Origin: Octopus sinensis
Lineage: Eukaryota
Reading direction: 5' to 3'
Length of the DNA stretch: 64,000 nucleotides
NCBI RefSeq assembly: GCF_006345805.1
Contig: NW_021832843.1
Location: forward strand, 1-64,000
Positions 14,931 through 27,819 of the stretch are shown here, piece by piece. Each line of letters starts with the position of its first letter. The first letter of the stretch is position 1. The notes under the pieces were generated by a model that did not search any database, had not been told where the DNA came from, and saw nothing but the letters and a program-made list of their open reading frames with translations. Made by a program: the position numbers and the translations under genes.

Positions 14931-15416
14931 TGCGTATGACGGGGTCAGCTAAGATTAGAGTATAAAGATGTCAAAAAAGCATCCTACGCTACCCAATATG
15001 TTCACGAATCAATAAAATAACAAATAGTTAATGTATGTATGTATATATGTATGTATGCATACATGCACGCATGTACGTATACATACATGCATACATACAT
15101 ACATATTTATATAGTCAATAATAATAAAGGGTAAAACTAATTAATCAATTAGTAATTAATAATTTTTTACCAAGTAGCGTTCAGTATGTAAAAGGACCAT
15201 TTACGGTAAACTTCAACGTTACTTTATATAATTAGGGTTCAGCAAAAAATTTGCTTTACCACACACCGAACATTTAGAAATAGCAGCCAAAGAATTTAGC
15301 TATTTCCCCTACTATAAGAGGAGTCTCCCAGACAATGTAAACTCAAAAGCATTCACGTAGGCATAGAGGGAAAAATAACGAAGATCACTCGAAATCAAAT
15401 TTTCGAGTAACACTAA

Positions 15417-15806
<390 letters not shown>

Positions 15807-16089
15807 AACACACACACAATGGCGGAGAATGATTGTTGTGGAACTATCACGATGTCAGGTGAAGACAGGAAATAGAGCAAATTGAAGGAAAGGAGTATGA
15901 CAATAAATTTACTTCCGTGAATAGGGTGAAAAATATGGTGTTGCAAATAAAATCTAGAGTTGACGAAAGGTCCTCTGATACGTTGGATAAGGATTTTGCA
16001 AAAAAAAAATTAAGAAATTCATTATAATTATCCTGTTAGTGTTAATTTGCGGCCAGTTATTGCTGTGACTGTTGTAATTCTAATAGTAA

Positions 16090-17220
16090 TAATAATACTT
16101 TCTGTTATAGGCACAAGGCTTTAAACCTTGGAGACGAGGGTAAGTCGATTGCAAAGATCACTGTGCTCGACTGGTACTTATTCTATTGACCGCGAAAGAA
16201 AAAAGGGCAAAATTGATCTCAGCAGAATTTGAACTCAGAACGTAAATACAAGAGAAATGCCGCTAAGCATTTGGTCCGATGTGTTAACGATACTCCCTAT
16301 CCGCGCCTTCTGTTCTGATAGTAATAATGTTTTCAGATTTTGGCACAAGGCCAGCAATTACGGGGTGGGGGGTAAACTCAACAAGGACTTATTTTATCGA
16401 CCCTGAAATATAAAGGCTCCATTTTGAGCTCAAGGTCGCCTATTTTAGGGGAGTGGGCTAATCGATACCATCGATCCCAATAGTAGCACTCCAGTACTTT
16501 AAATTATCGACCCCAAAAGGATGAAATTCAATATTGATCTTCGCGGCACTTGTAGTCAGAACGTAAAGATACTTAACAAATGTCGCGAGGCATTTTACCC
16601 GACGCCCCAACGATTCTGCAAGCGCGCCAATTGTTTCTTATTTTAGACACATGCCCTTTATTTATTTATTTTTCATTTGGTGGGCGGGTAGAGGTAAATT
16701 TATACCAACTGACTAGTATTTTACTTTATCTACCCCGGAAGGATACAAAGCGGGATTCGAACTCGGAACGACATGTATCGGACGAAATATACCAAGATAT
16801 TTTGTTCGACACCCTGGCAGATCTTACCAATTCGTTGCCCTTACATAGTTTCTGATTTAGGCACAAGACCAGCAATTTTGAGAGAAGTGATTATTTCTTC
16901 CCCTTGACCCCGGCACTTGAATGGCTCTTTATTAGTTTATAGAGACCGGTGGCGAGGGGATGAAAGATAAAGTGGATAACGGAGGGATCTGTACTCAAAT
17001 ACCACTAGGCATTTTGTCTGACGATCTAACGATTCTAACAAATCATCTCACTTAAAGTGTTTTTAGTTTAACACCAGGTCAGCCGTGTTGAGAAGGGGTT
17101 AACCGATTACATCGCTCCTTCCCATACTCAGTACTTGTCTAATACATTAGTCGTAATTTACCAACCCCGGAGAGTTGAAAGGCAATTTTTATTTCGGTTT
17201 ATTTTGAACTCAGAATAATT
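16090..17220 (-). mobile_element. Cluster of several old, degraded SINE family A copies
   Basis: Repeated GGCACAAGG...TCGACCCC...AAAGG...GAACTCAGAA motifs. Confidence 0.6.
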
Positions 17221-17532
17221 CCTTGTATTTGCTATCAGGACGATGGATGTTGCGGACTTTTACTAAAGTAAGCATAACGTTTGGGAGTTTACATAGAAAA
17301 TCGAAAGGGTAAAAGAAAAGGGCATGAAATATATGTATATATGGCAATGATAATAATTTCTTTTGCTTGCAACCTGGGTCAGGTTATACATTCAACAACA
17401 TGTTAGATAAAAGGAGATACAAAAGTATGAGGAAATACAGTCATAGTTATACGAAAACGAGACGTGAGTTACGGACGTTACACCATAATTCGAGACATAT
17501 TTGTCACTATTAAATAAAAAATTATATATATA

Positions 17533-17852
17533 TAGAGTAGTTGTATACCGTCAACTTAATATGACAGTCCTATGAAGGGAATCACACCACTGCTATTTAA
17601 CCCTAGGAAACATCAACGCTTCTTATCGGCCTTGACACATTTCCTGTATCCTTATGTTTACAAGGGGGAGACAAATACCTCCACTACAAAGGCTAGACAA
17701 GCATCTCCAACTAGCAGGCCATGCTACTCCAGACTGATGACGAGCAAAGACTCAGAAACTAGTCTCTGGGTGCAGGCTTAGCTGGGTGGGGGTGGAGGTG
17801 TGATTCCCTTCATGGGACTGTCACATCAAGTTGACGGTACATAACTACTCTA
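17533..17852 (+). mobile_element. 320-bp element with ~56-bp inverted termini and an internal hammerhead fold (Penelope-like derivative)
   Basis: Inverted arms at 17533-17588 and 17797-17852; HHR at 17729-17769. Confidence 0.75.
17729..17769 (+). ncRNA. Minimal type I hammerhead ribozyme motif
   Basis: CCAGA-CTGATGA-CGAG caaaga CTCA-GAAA-CTA-GTC-TCTGG: stem I CCAGA/TCTGG, stem II GAG/CTC with C10.1-A11.1 mismatch, palindromic stem III ACTAGT, GUC triplet. Confidence 0.75.
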
Positions 17853-17993
17853 TCGTACCACTACTGTTTATATCTCTCTCAGATATTTAGAAACGTAATA
17901 TTTCTCTCTCTCTCTCTCTCTCTCTACATTATATATATATTATATATATATATATATATGTATTATGTATATTATATATATATATATATATAC

Positions 17994-18044
<51 letters not shown>

Positions 18045-18409
18045 AATATAGATATAGATATAGATATAGATATATATATATATAGATAGATAGATAAATA
18101 TAATATAATATATATATATATTATATATATATATTAATGTATGTATGTATGTATATGTATGTATGTGTATATATATATATATATACGATTAAAAAACGGA
18201 GAAAAGGACAAGAAAAAAATGCGGGGACGTAGCACATGCAAAGTATTAATAAGACGCTCAGAGAAGGAAAGGGTGGTTGTTTTAGGTTTCGAGCAAAGCT
18301 CTTCTTCGGAAACAGGAGATACAGGAAAGTTCAAAAGAAAAGAAAGAAGGAGGAAAAAATCGCCAACAGCCCACATGTAGTTACATTTTTGCAACTTCCG
18401 TAACTTACG

Positions 18410-18590
18410 GTGTATGTATGTATGTATGTATGTATGTATGTACGTACGTACATACATACATACATACATACATACATTCATACATACATACATACATACA
18501 TACATACGTACATACATACATACATACATACATACATACATACATACATACATACATACATACATACATACATACATACATACATACATA
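18410..18590. repeat. (TGTA)n/(TACA)n microsatellite
   Basis: Direct reading. Confidence 0.95.
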
Positions 18591-19360
18591 CAAGGTGTTC
18601 CAAAAATGTACACGTGCAATCATTAACTATGAAGTCAGTGTTTTTTTAAATACAACTCATTTTCAAAATTTGATAGAATCTATAGGTTTTGAAACTGGTA
18701 GCCGTTTTTGTCCAGAAACTGCTGAAAGCGCGAAGCAACTGAATCTTAAACATGAAGAAACATTTCGTTCGGTATTTGTATGTATTCTCGTTCAATCGCT
18801 GCCGTTAATTCGATTGTTGCTTGTTTTGTATTGTAAACTTTATTTTTTAAATATCTCCAGTTGGAATAAGTCTAGTGGTCTGAGGTCCGGTAAACACAGA
18901 GGGTATTCAACTGAATCTCCACTCTCAGTCCACCTATTTCGTAAAATCTCAAGAAAGTGGGCTTTTACATTACTATGATAGGGTGGAGGTGCTCATCTTA
19001 CCGGAAATGAAACTGCACATCTTGAAAATCCTTTTGAATGCCTGATATGACAGATTATCGCACCATCTTCAAATACATATAACCAGTTACTGTAACGCCA
19101 GTATCAACATTTTGTTGAAAAACTGCACTCTACTGTACTCTACTTTAGGTAAATTAACATGGTGTTCCTCTGTAATACGCAGATTCACAGCGACTGTGGC
19201 GTTTGATTTAAATGCAGGCTCATCACTCCAGACAGTCTTTGTTGGAAAGTGTAAAACTTCTACATATCATGCCAAGTTCCACTCGAAAAACTCCACTTTT
19301 CGGTCCGCACCATCTTCACAGATGAGAGAAAGGACTATTCTTGAAATTTAACTTTTCCAG
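18591..19360 (-). mobile_element. Tc1/mariner-superfamily transposon relic (3' part and one terminus)
   Basis: TA|CAAGGTGTTCCAAAAA terminus. Decayed minus-strand peptides VWSDEPAFK, (QQDG)APPYHSNVKAH...RNRW...VEYPLCLPDLRPLDLF, WRYLKNKVY...SRFQQFLDKNGYQFQNL*, resembling the QQDGAPPH / PPRSPDLTPLDFFLWGYLK motifs. Confidence 0.8.
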
Positions 19361-19439
19361 TGACAGTACTTAAAAATGAGATGGATGCTTGATTTTAAAA
19401 TCTTATCAAGTGACATGCCCGCCGCACAGATTTGTGCAA

Positions 19440-20000
19440 AAGTTCTAAAAAATCTGTGGGGAGAGACCAGTGGTTACCATCGATCTCATTATTAAACTAC
19501 TTGTTTGTTGTATCGACTCTGGAGAATTGAAAGGCAAATTTGACTTTGATGGGATTTGAACTAATGATTCTGTTATGCTAAAAATGAATTCTAACTTTGA
19601 TAGAAGACGAAGGATTTTGGAATGAGGGAATCAGTCGATACCATCGACCCTATTACTTGATTGGAAATGTATTTTATCAGCCCTGGGTGAATGAAAGGTA
19701 AAGAAATTTAGTCCAGACGGAATTTGAACTCACAGCGTAAAGTGCTGAAATAAATTTTGTTGCACACTCTTACGATTGTGCTATTTCTCCAGCGTTGTTT
19801 TTACAGATATTATTCCCTTTTTCTATAATAGAAGCACAATGCCTGATATTTTGGAGAGAGGGAACCAGACGATTAGACTGACCTCTTTACTTAACTGGAA
19901 TTTATTTTATCGACACCTAAAGAATGAAGGGAAAAGTTGATCTCGGCAGTATATGAACTCAAAACTTAAAGAACAGGAAGAATTTTTGTTCCACGCACAA
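19440..20000 (-). mobile_element. Cluster of old degraded SINE family A copies
   Basis: ATCGAC...GAAAGG...TTTGAACT motifs repeated about three times. Confidence 0.55.
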
Positions 20001-21264
20001 ACAATGTACTATTTTACCAGTGTTGGTTTCACGAACAATATTTATAAGATGAATATATGAACAAAATACTCTTAACGATATTAAAATCCGTAAAATAAAT
20101 ATTTATTGCCGAAAGTTCAAATTCTACTCGAAGTAATTTTTCGATCAATTCTGGTAATGAATACACCTAATTAATTCATTGGAACTGACTCTTCTCACCA
20201 TTTTCCTCAACCTCTAGCAAAATTGATACGGTAATTTGCTATAAGAAACCGAAATATCTGCTAATTTTTTTTTTAATAGAAACACTACCAAATTATGTGC
20301 CATATAATGAATGGATCATATCCTCCTTCCTTCTTTCCTTTTGTTTTTATTCATTCATTTATTTCATTTCATTTTATTTTTCAGTTAACCTGGACCGAAC
20401 GATTTATGCGAGAAATGAAAATCTCCCTGTCTCCTAGTTTAATTCTTTCTTTTTCATGGCCTCTGATTCCATTCAAATACAAGCTCCTTATTTTCATTTT
20501 AGTATTCTAGAAACGGATGAGCAGAACATTCCAGTTTGAGCTGGACAAATGGTTAACAGATTTGTAGAGGATTTTGGGGGAATTACCACAGTAATTGCTG
20601 ATAATCCCAACTGTCCTCTTTGTCAGTATTTAAATATGCTTATTCGAAGCGATTTTGCCAATTGATACAAATGTCTTAACACATGGTAGGATTGCGCTGT
20701 TTCAATGTTAATTCCCTGCTGAACATTTTCCGTGATATCATTATAAAATAAATACATATAAATACAACAAAAAATTTCTTTTATTCCGTTAGCTATTGTT
20801 TATTTTATCAGCCAAGCAATAATTATATATACGGAAGGTCGATTGGGGCAAAATTTGCGTTAAAAGCAATGTCATTTATATAATGCAACTACAAATTGGC
20901 CGATGGGTAACAGCATTGGTAGGTCGTCGCAAAACAATGCTTTGCGTTTCTTTATATTCCGAGGTCAAAACCCGCAGTGAACAACTTTTCCTTTTTATCT
21001 TTCACAGGCGATAAAATAAGTACTAGAAAAATATAGGGTTGATTAAATCGACAGAAAAATATATTGCCAAATTGCATCCTCGTGCTTTATGTTAGAGATC
21101 TTTTGTGTATGAAAAAACGAAATCCCGGCTTAGTTTCAAATAGGAATAACGGAGGCAGCATCAGCAACTGGGGAGGCAAAATCACGCCGGAACACTTGGG
21201 TCTGGCGGCCCGTTGATGGCAATTGGAGTGGGGTACGCTCTGATTTTGCGAACAAAATCTATCG

Positions 21265-21541
21265 CGCTGGCGTGACTGTGTGGTAGGAAACTTGCTTCCT
21301 AACGATATGGTTCCAGGTTCAGTGCTACTCAGTGGCATCTTTGGCATGTATCTTCTACTATAGCCTAGGGCCCACCGAAGCCCTGTGAGTGGATTTGGTA
21401 GACAAAAACTAAAAGTAGCCTGTTGTATATATTTGTGTGTGTGTGTGTGTGCGTGTGTGTACGTGTATGTGTTTCTCCTTCACTACCGCTTGATAACCAG
21501 TGTTGGTGTGTTTACGTCCCCGTAACTTAGCGGTTCGGCAA
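21265..21541 (+). mobile_element. SINE family B, 3'-incomplete
   Basis: Matches head, CORE-like and middle segments of the 11256 copy. Confidence 0.75.
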
Positions 21542-21705
21542 AATTATTTTTTAAATTTTAACTTTAATTTAAATATTTTAATTTGGAATTTTATATTTTA
21601 TATTTTTTATATTTATATTTTATATATATATATTTTTCTATGTATTGGCTTATGATTTTCACTGTTTGATTTGCCTAATAGTGGTTTTATCTCTAATTTA
21701 ATACA

Positions 21706-21739
<34 letters not shown>

Positions 21740-21894
21740 TATGTGAAATAGAAAGATGAATAATCTTGTAGCAGATTAATCAAAAGTTTAACCGATACCT
21801 TGGTAGCAAAAATCACAGCAGCAGAAAACAGCACGGTTGGAGGTACAACCATATGGTGTTGCAACCGTGCGTTGGTGCGGATAATTGAAATTAA

Positions 21895-22353
21895 AATATT
21901 ATTGGTGAATTGAAGAAATAGAGCTGAACGAAGATTGAACAGAAATCGTTTTATTTCATTCTACACGTGTTTCGAAAGGATTTACCAAAATCCGATTGAA
22001 TAATGAGACCATATTGTCTTCTCTCAGGAAGAAATAGGAAATCCGTTGGAAAAAACAAAAAAACAGAACAGAGGCGGAGCAAAACAATCGAACTAGGCTC
22101 CTAAGAGCCCATGGCAAAACATCAGTTTGGCCATGGGCTCTGAGGAGCCTAGTTCTATTGTTTTGCTCCGCCTCGTTCTGTTTTGTTTTTTCCAACGGAT
22201 TTCCTATTTCTTCCTGAAGAGAAAAGCCACAATATGGTCTCATTATTCATCGGATTTTGGTAAATTGTGCCTTTCGAAAACACGTGTAGAATGAAATAAA
22301 ACGATTCTGTTCAATCTTCGTTCAGCTCATTTCTTCAATTCACCAATAATATT
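21895..22353. mobile_element. ~460-bp near-perfect palindrome; each arm carries an outward-facing hammerhead motif (inverted Penelope-like pLTR pair)
   Basis: Arms 21895-22120 and 22125-22353, loop ATCA. HHR on + at 22206-22297 and on - at ~21950-22035. Confidence 0.8.
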
Positions 22354-22373
22354 AATATATATGTATATATATT

Positions 22374-22426
<53 letters not shown>

Positions 22427-22619
22427 TTAAATAATAAGAGTAAAAATTTGATATAAATTTGCTTAATATCAATTTGAACCAGTGGCTTAGCATATAGAAA
22501 AGAATCTGAGATGACACTAGGTGTACATCCGATATATATATATATGTATATATTATATATATATATAGTTGAAATTTACAGAAAAAAAAAACACGAAGAC
22601 GGGTATAAACAACAACCAG

Positions 22620-23380
22620 ATGCATTAGTTTGACGCTCGGGCCTACGCTCTTCAACAGAGAGGAACACGAGGAAATGAACAGAGACAGAATAAAACTTGT
22701 GGGGTTAGCGGGAAATCATGGCGACACACACATATATATATATATAGTTGTAACAGAAAAGAGGAATTTCGATTATCCCTACGTGGTGAGTTGTAATGTA
22801 TATAAGAAATTAAAAAAGGAAAATACGCACATTTACATAGTTTTAATATAATTTTTAATATATCGACCGGTTTCGCTATCGCTATTCATGATATTATGTT
22901 TTAGTTATTTGAATATGTATTTTCTCCTAAGAAGAAATTTTGTCCATGTTGTGTGTGATGAAATTCAAGAGTGAATGGCTTCACAAGTAGATAAATGAAG
23001 GGCGGTAATTGGTTATCGTTATTATTGTTATTGTTGTAGGTAAGGGACATAACTGTTCAGCTTTCAGTAATGGGAGGGGAATATATATGTACAGACAAAG
23101 ACAAGTTTCGAAAACCTTGTTTAGTGAGGGGATTTATCTACAGAGATATAATCGTGAATTGAAATATGTAAAAAGATAAAAGTTGGTTATGCGAGCATAT
23201 TAAGGCGTGTTCTGTATTTTTCAATGAAAAAAGTTTCTTTATTCAAACGTTCTAGTTGAGAGATTGTATCTTTGCACTGGTTGAAGAGGAAGACTGTGGA
23301 ATTTGGTTTGATGTTATCTGCACAATTTTCTATATGTTCACTGCGGAAACGGATTTGCTCTTAATGTAGAGTGGTTCTCT
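22620..23380 (-). pseudogene. Penelope-like element 3' relic (GIY-YIG C-terminus, 3' UTR, decayed HHR)
   Basis: Minus strand RTTLH*EQIRFRSEHIENCADNIKPNSTVFLFNQCKDTISQLERLNKETFFIEKYRTRLNMLA*, then ATGAATAG-CGATAG-CGAAAC-CG-GTC near 22865-22890. Confidence 0.6.
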
Positions 23381-23414
<34 letters not shown>

Positions 23415-23423
23415 ATATATATT

Positions 23424-23455
<32 letters not shown>

Positions 23456-23575
23456 ACTATATATATTTATTTAAAATTGAGGATAAAATCTTTATAAGAA
23501 ATTATCAGTAGTTAGCGTGAAAAATCTCGTAAGAGAAAAAATCCGTAAATTTTTCCACTTTGAAAATGTTTAATT

Positions 23576-23819
23576 ATATTATATAGAGGGTACTACTATT
23601 CATAGATACCGCACGCTAGGAGGGACCCTTGCGGTCAAAACTACTAAAATAAACAAATTTTACCGAATGCAAAACTTCAAAGCAAGTCATTTAAAAAAAG
23701 AATTTAGTTACATATCACCTGTGATTTCGCAATTAATGCAGAATATGCATTCTATGCTCATCAGTGCAACAAACTCAAGCGTGCGGTATCTATGAATAGT
23801 AGTACCCTCTATATAATAT
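23576..23819 (-). mobile_element. 244-bp element with perfect 42-bp inverted termini and an intact hammerhead fold
   Basis: Arms at 23576-23617 and 23778-23819; HHR at 23703-23773 on the minus strand. Confidence 0.8.
23703..23773 (-). ncRNA. Type I hammerhead ribozyme motif with canonical core
   Basis: GTTGCA-CTGATGA-GCA(tAGAATgcatATTCTgcattaat)TGC-GAAA-TCAC ag GTG-ATA-TGTAAC; stems I, II and III all pair; AUA cleavage triplet. Confidence 0.8.
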
Positions 23820-23824
23820 ATCTA

Positions 23825-23841
23825 TATATATATATACATAC

Positions 23842-23882
<41 letters not shown>

Positions 23883-23944
23883 TACAGACAGACAGACAGA
23901 CAACCAGACAGAAGACAGACAGACAGACCGACAGACAGACAGAC

Positions 23945-23980
<36 letters not shown>

Positions 23981-23981
23981 C

Positions 23982-24060
<79 letters not shown>
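23825..24060. repeat. (GATA)n/(GACA)n microsatellite
   Basis: Direct reading. Confidence 0.95.
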
Positions 24061-24061
<1 letters not shown>

Positions 24062-24800
24062 CACACACATACACAGAGGTATGTATTTATACGCATACAC
24101 ATATATCCATACATGCATGCACGCATACATATATACACATACATTCATACTCAGCTTTACGCTTACACGTACACTGATACACAGTATAACATATACAGTT
24201 AGAAAGAAAGATTTCCCCCAAAAGAGCGAATTCTTTTTTTTATTATTAATAACTTGTCAGTCAACCTTATATTGTCATTGAACAGTGAAGTGGTGTGAAC
24301 TGCATCTACCAGAACTGACAGTGAGGGATCCGGGTTGATGGGATGAGAGACAGAGAAAAGAGGAGAGAGACAGATGACTAGGTGAGGGAGAAAGAAAGAA
24401 AACGATTTATATATATATATATAGGAAGGGTGAAAGAGTGAAAGAGGGACAGAGAGGGAGAGAAGTGTGTGTCAAAGAGAAGAGAGAAGCAGGCGTATAT
24501 TTAGCCACGTATACACAAGTGGGTCAGGCCGAGGAGTGGTCAAGAGATTGGTGGGTAGATAGATAGATAATGTATGTGAGAGAATGAGAGAGAGAGAGAG
24601 AGAATGAATGCAACTTTTTGTGGCAACAGAGAAAATCTTATTCAAAGGCCCACAAATTCAAAAGCCAGCCATCAGCCTCCTCCTCTGAGAAAAAGAAGTG
24701 CATGTGGTCACTAGAAAGGTCCACAGGGATAGGACTAAGTGCCATAGCCTCACCCCAAAATGAAACATAAACGTTGACAAAATATCAAAAAACACACATA

Positions 24801-24965
24801 GGCGCAGGAGTGGCTGTGTGGTAAGTAGCTTGTGTACCAACCACATGGTTCCGGGTTCAGTCCCACTGAGTGGCACCTTGGGCAAGTGTCTTCTACTATA
24901 GCCTCGGGCCGACCAAAGCCTTGTGGGTGGATTTCGAAGACGGAAACTGAAAGAAGCCAGTCGTA

Positions 24966-25008
<43 letters not shown>

Positions 25009-25245
25009 TTGTGTGTGCGTGTGCGTGTATGTTTGTGTGCCTGTGTTTGTTCCCCTAGCATTACTTCACAACCGATGCTGGTGTGTTTATGTCCCCGTCA
25101 CTTAGCGGTTCGGCAAGAGAGACCGATAGAATAAGTACTGGGCTTACAAAGAATAAGTCCCGGGGTCGAGTTGCTCGATTAAAAGCGGTGCTCCAGCATG
25201 GCCGCAGTCAAATGACTGAAACAAGTAAAAGAGTAAAGAGAGAGT
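24801..25245 (+). mobile_element. SINE family B, full length
   Basis: Near-identical to the 11256-11675 copy. Confidence 0.88.
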
Positions 25246-25249
25246 AAAT

Positions 25250-26300
25250 GTCGCCCAAGCAACCCCAAGAACAACAAAAAGAACACCTGAAAATCACCGC
25301 AATAAGAACCAAAACCTGCTGTTTTGACCCGAACAACAACAAATGGTTAACACAAGCCCAACAACAAAATTGCTAAAAGAAACAACAATCACAGGAATGA
25401 CTAACTCAATGGAACAAATAAATAGAAAACAGTCAATTTCATTTTCATAAACGGAAATAACTGCAAGTTAAGGGCCTGTCTGAAAGAAAAAAACAATATA
25501 AAGGCAAAATAATGACTAAAGAAGAATTTGAAAATTCATTTCCAAAACATCTACGGAGAGATTATTAATGAGAACATCAAGTGACATGTATCATGTTCTC
25601 TTGGACAATTTTCCGGGCAGTACTGGAATTTTAGAAAATTTTAAACAAAACATTATAAGTGTCTTTCAAGGGACACTTTCCTGGAAAAGAACAATCCATC
25701 CGCCACTTTGATGACAAAGGAGAGCGACCTCTCCACTTATCTTCTTCAGTAGATATGGGTCGCTCTCAGTAAGATGTGCAAATGTAGGTGCCATAGATCA
25801 GCATGTTCTCTAGTTCAAAAATCTCAGATCACTTGACACGGATGTGGTAGCCACCACCGAAACAGAATTCTAGAACGCCTCTCTATCGGGAGTGTTTTTC
25901 AGAAAGAATCAGGTTTAGAAGTACAGAAGATTTTCCTCGATCCTGGAAGTAAATGAGTTTTTTCTGGATGTAAATGACAATAAAGACAGTCCCTTCAGAC
26001 AGGGATCCATCTATGCATCCACCAGGGTAAGAGAGCCAGACGTCTTTAGACGTCCGGAAACCTTGCAGTGAACATCACGCTCTTTAGTACTAGTAGAAGA
26101 TTGCAATTGTACAATATGATTTGTGGAGCTAACCCTTAGAAGTGAGTGCAAAGTCCTCAAAAACATACTCAGACATTTCCAACTGTTGGGCAGATATAGA
26201 CTGGATTTCCCGAATTTGCCTGTATGGTCTTGGAGCAAAAACAACGAGTCGTCTAGTAAATAGTGGCAGAAAACATAGATCAGAAGGTGAATGTTTTGAT
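25250..26300 (+). pseudogene. Heavily decayed L1/Tx1-type LINE, ORF1 end and APE endonuclease region (tentative)
   Basis: Fragments LRSLDTDVVATTET (APE D-V---QET-like), RSLVLVEDCN (LV-GD-N-like) and DFPNLPVWSWS, amid many stops. Confidence 0.45.
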
Positions 26301-26369
26301 TAATCACTCAAGAATTACGTACAAATTACGTCAACCTTCGGTCGCCAATACTCTTCCTTAGCTGATTGG

Positions 26370-26512
26370 ACTGAACCAACGTAAAAGGATATAAAATGCC
26401 TTGCTCAAGGACATAGCTTGCCACTCGATCCAGGAATCGAACCCACGTTGGACTCACGGAATTTTGTGACCCTGAGCCCAACAAAACCTTAACCACCAAG
26501 CAACGCTTCTTC
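26370..26512 (-). mobile_element. Old MIR/CORE-type SINE fragment
   Basis: Minus strand GGTGGTTAAG...GGTTCGATTCC...GTCCTTGAGCAAGGCATTTTA. Confidence 0.6.
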
Positions 26513-27819
26513 ATTATAAATACCATGGGTAGATAAAAAAAAACAAAAAAAACGGCTCTTGCGGTATTCAAAGCTAGCACTGTTGAACTGAAGGGTGTCT
26601 CGTTATCTCGTAAGAATAAATTTGATATCTCTTCTTGCTGTAGTAAAAAGAAAAGGTGAGCGCTTGCACGTTAGCTAATCCGAAATATACTGCATAAATT
26701 CTCCGTGTTCAGTAGTTCCTTAATGACACAAAGCATCATGGAATACGTCACAGATTCACCATTTGGATGACGCGTGCAGTGTCGATAACGCGGCACCCCT
26801 TAGCGTGCATCATGTCACACATAGCTATTTAAATGTTGTCTCGTGAAGGCTAACTTACCAATTAAGTGACGAACTGCTCATGCTCTCCACTTATCAGGTT
26901 TCACGGTCATAAAAACCATAACACCATATTTGATATTTGATATTGTGGTTGTTTATGTACGTACGGAAGCAAGGCGTGGTGAGATGCTGTGGCGATGCGC
27001 CCGAGTTTATATAAATAAATAAGTCTTACTGTAACTTACATATACGTCCTTTAGTCTGTCTTTGCATAAACTCATACACTCACACACACGCACATGCACT
27101 CACACACACATGCGCGCGCACACATACATACATGATCATAGACATGGAAATACGTACACTCTTATGCAGTCTTGATTGATGGATGACGCGCGAAGTCATA
27201 TAATCTAATTTATTGTCAATGTTCGTTAAGTGTATTTTATACACTTATTCATACACACACAAACACACACACACCACATACACACCACACACCACACAAA
27301 CACACACACACACACACACAAACGTACACACTTACAGACACATAGACACACACACAGGCACATACACATGCAATCATGGAACGTACGCAAAACACATACA
27401 GATACACAGACACAGCACAAACACAAACAGCCATACACGCACATACACATATACACAGACAGAATGCATACACTGCTTGACTGATCGCCTAAACACACAT
27501 GCATAGTGACAATAATAATTTTGTGTGTATATTTGCGTACGAAGTCACATAGATTGATGAAAATATTGACACGTGATATATTCATCGCACACGCATGCCC
27601 ACATACACGCGCCAACACATGTTTCAAGCACGTGCGTACAACACACACATGCACACACTTGTATATATGCACACATGCATGTTCGTACAAAAACCCAGCA
27701 TGCAGTTTAAATCAGTGACGCGCGTTATACGACATCACCTCCAGCCCTTCATTAATCGTCGTTCTAACCTAAAGAGTCACTGTAATTGCCGGTGAGTGCG
27801 TTCTCATTCGCAGTATTTG

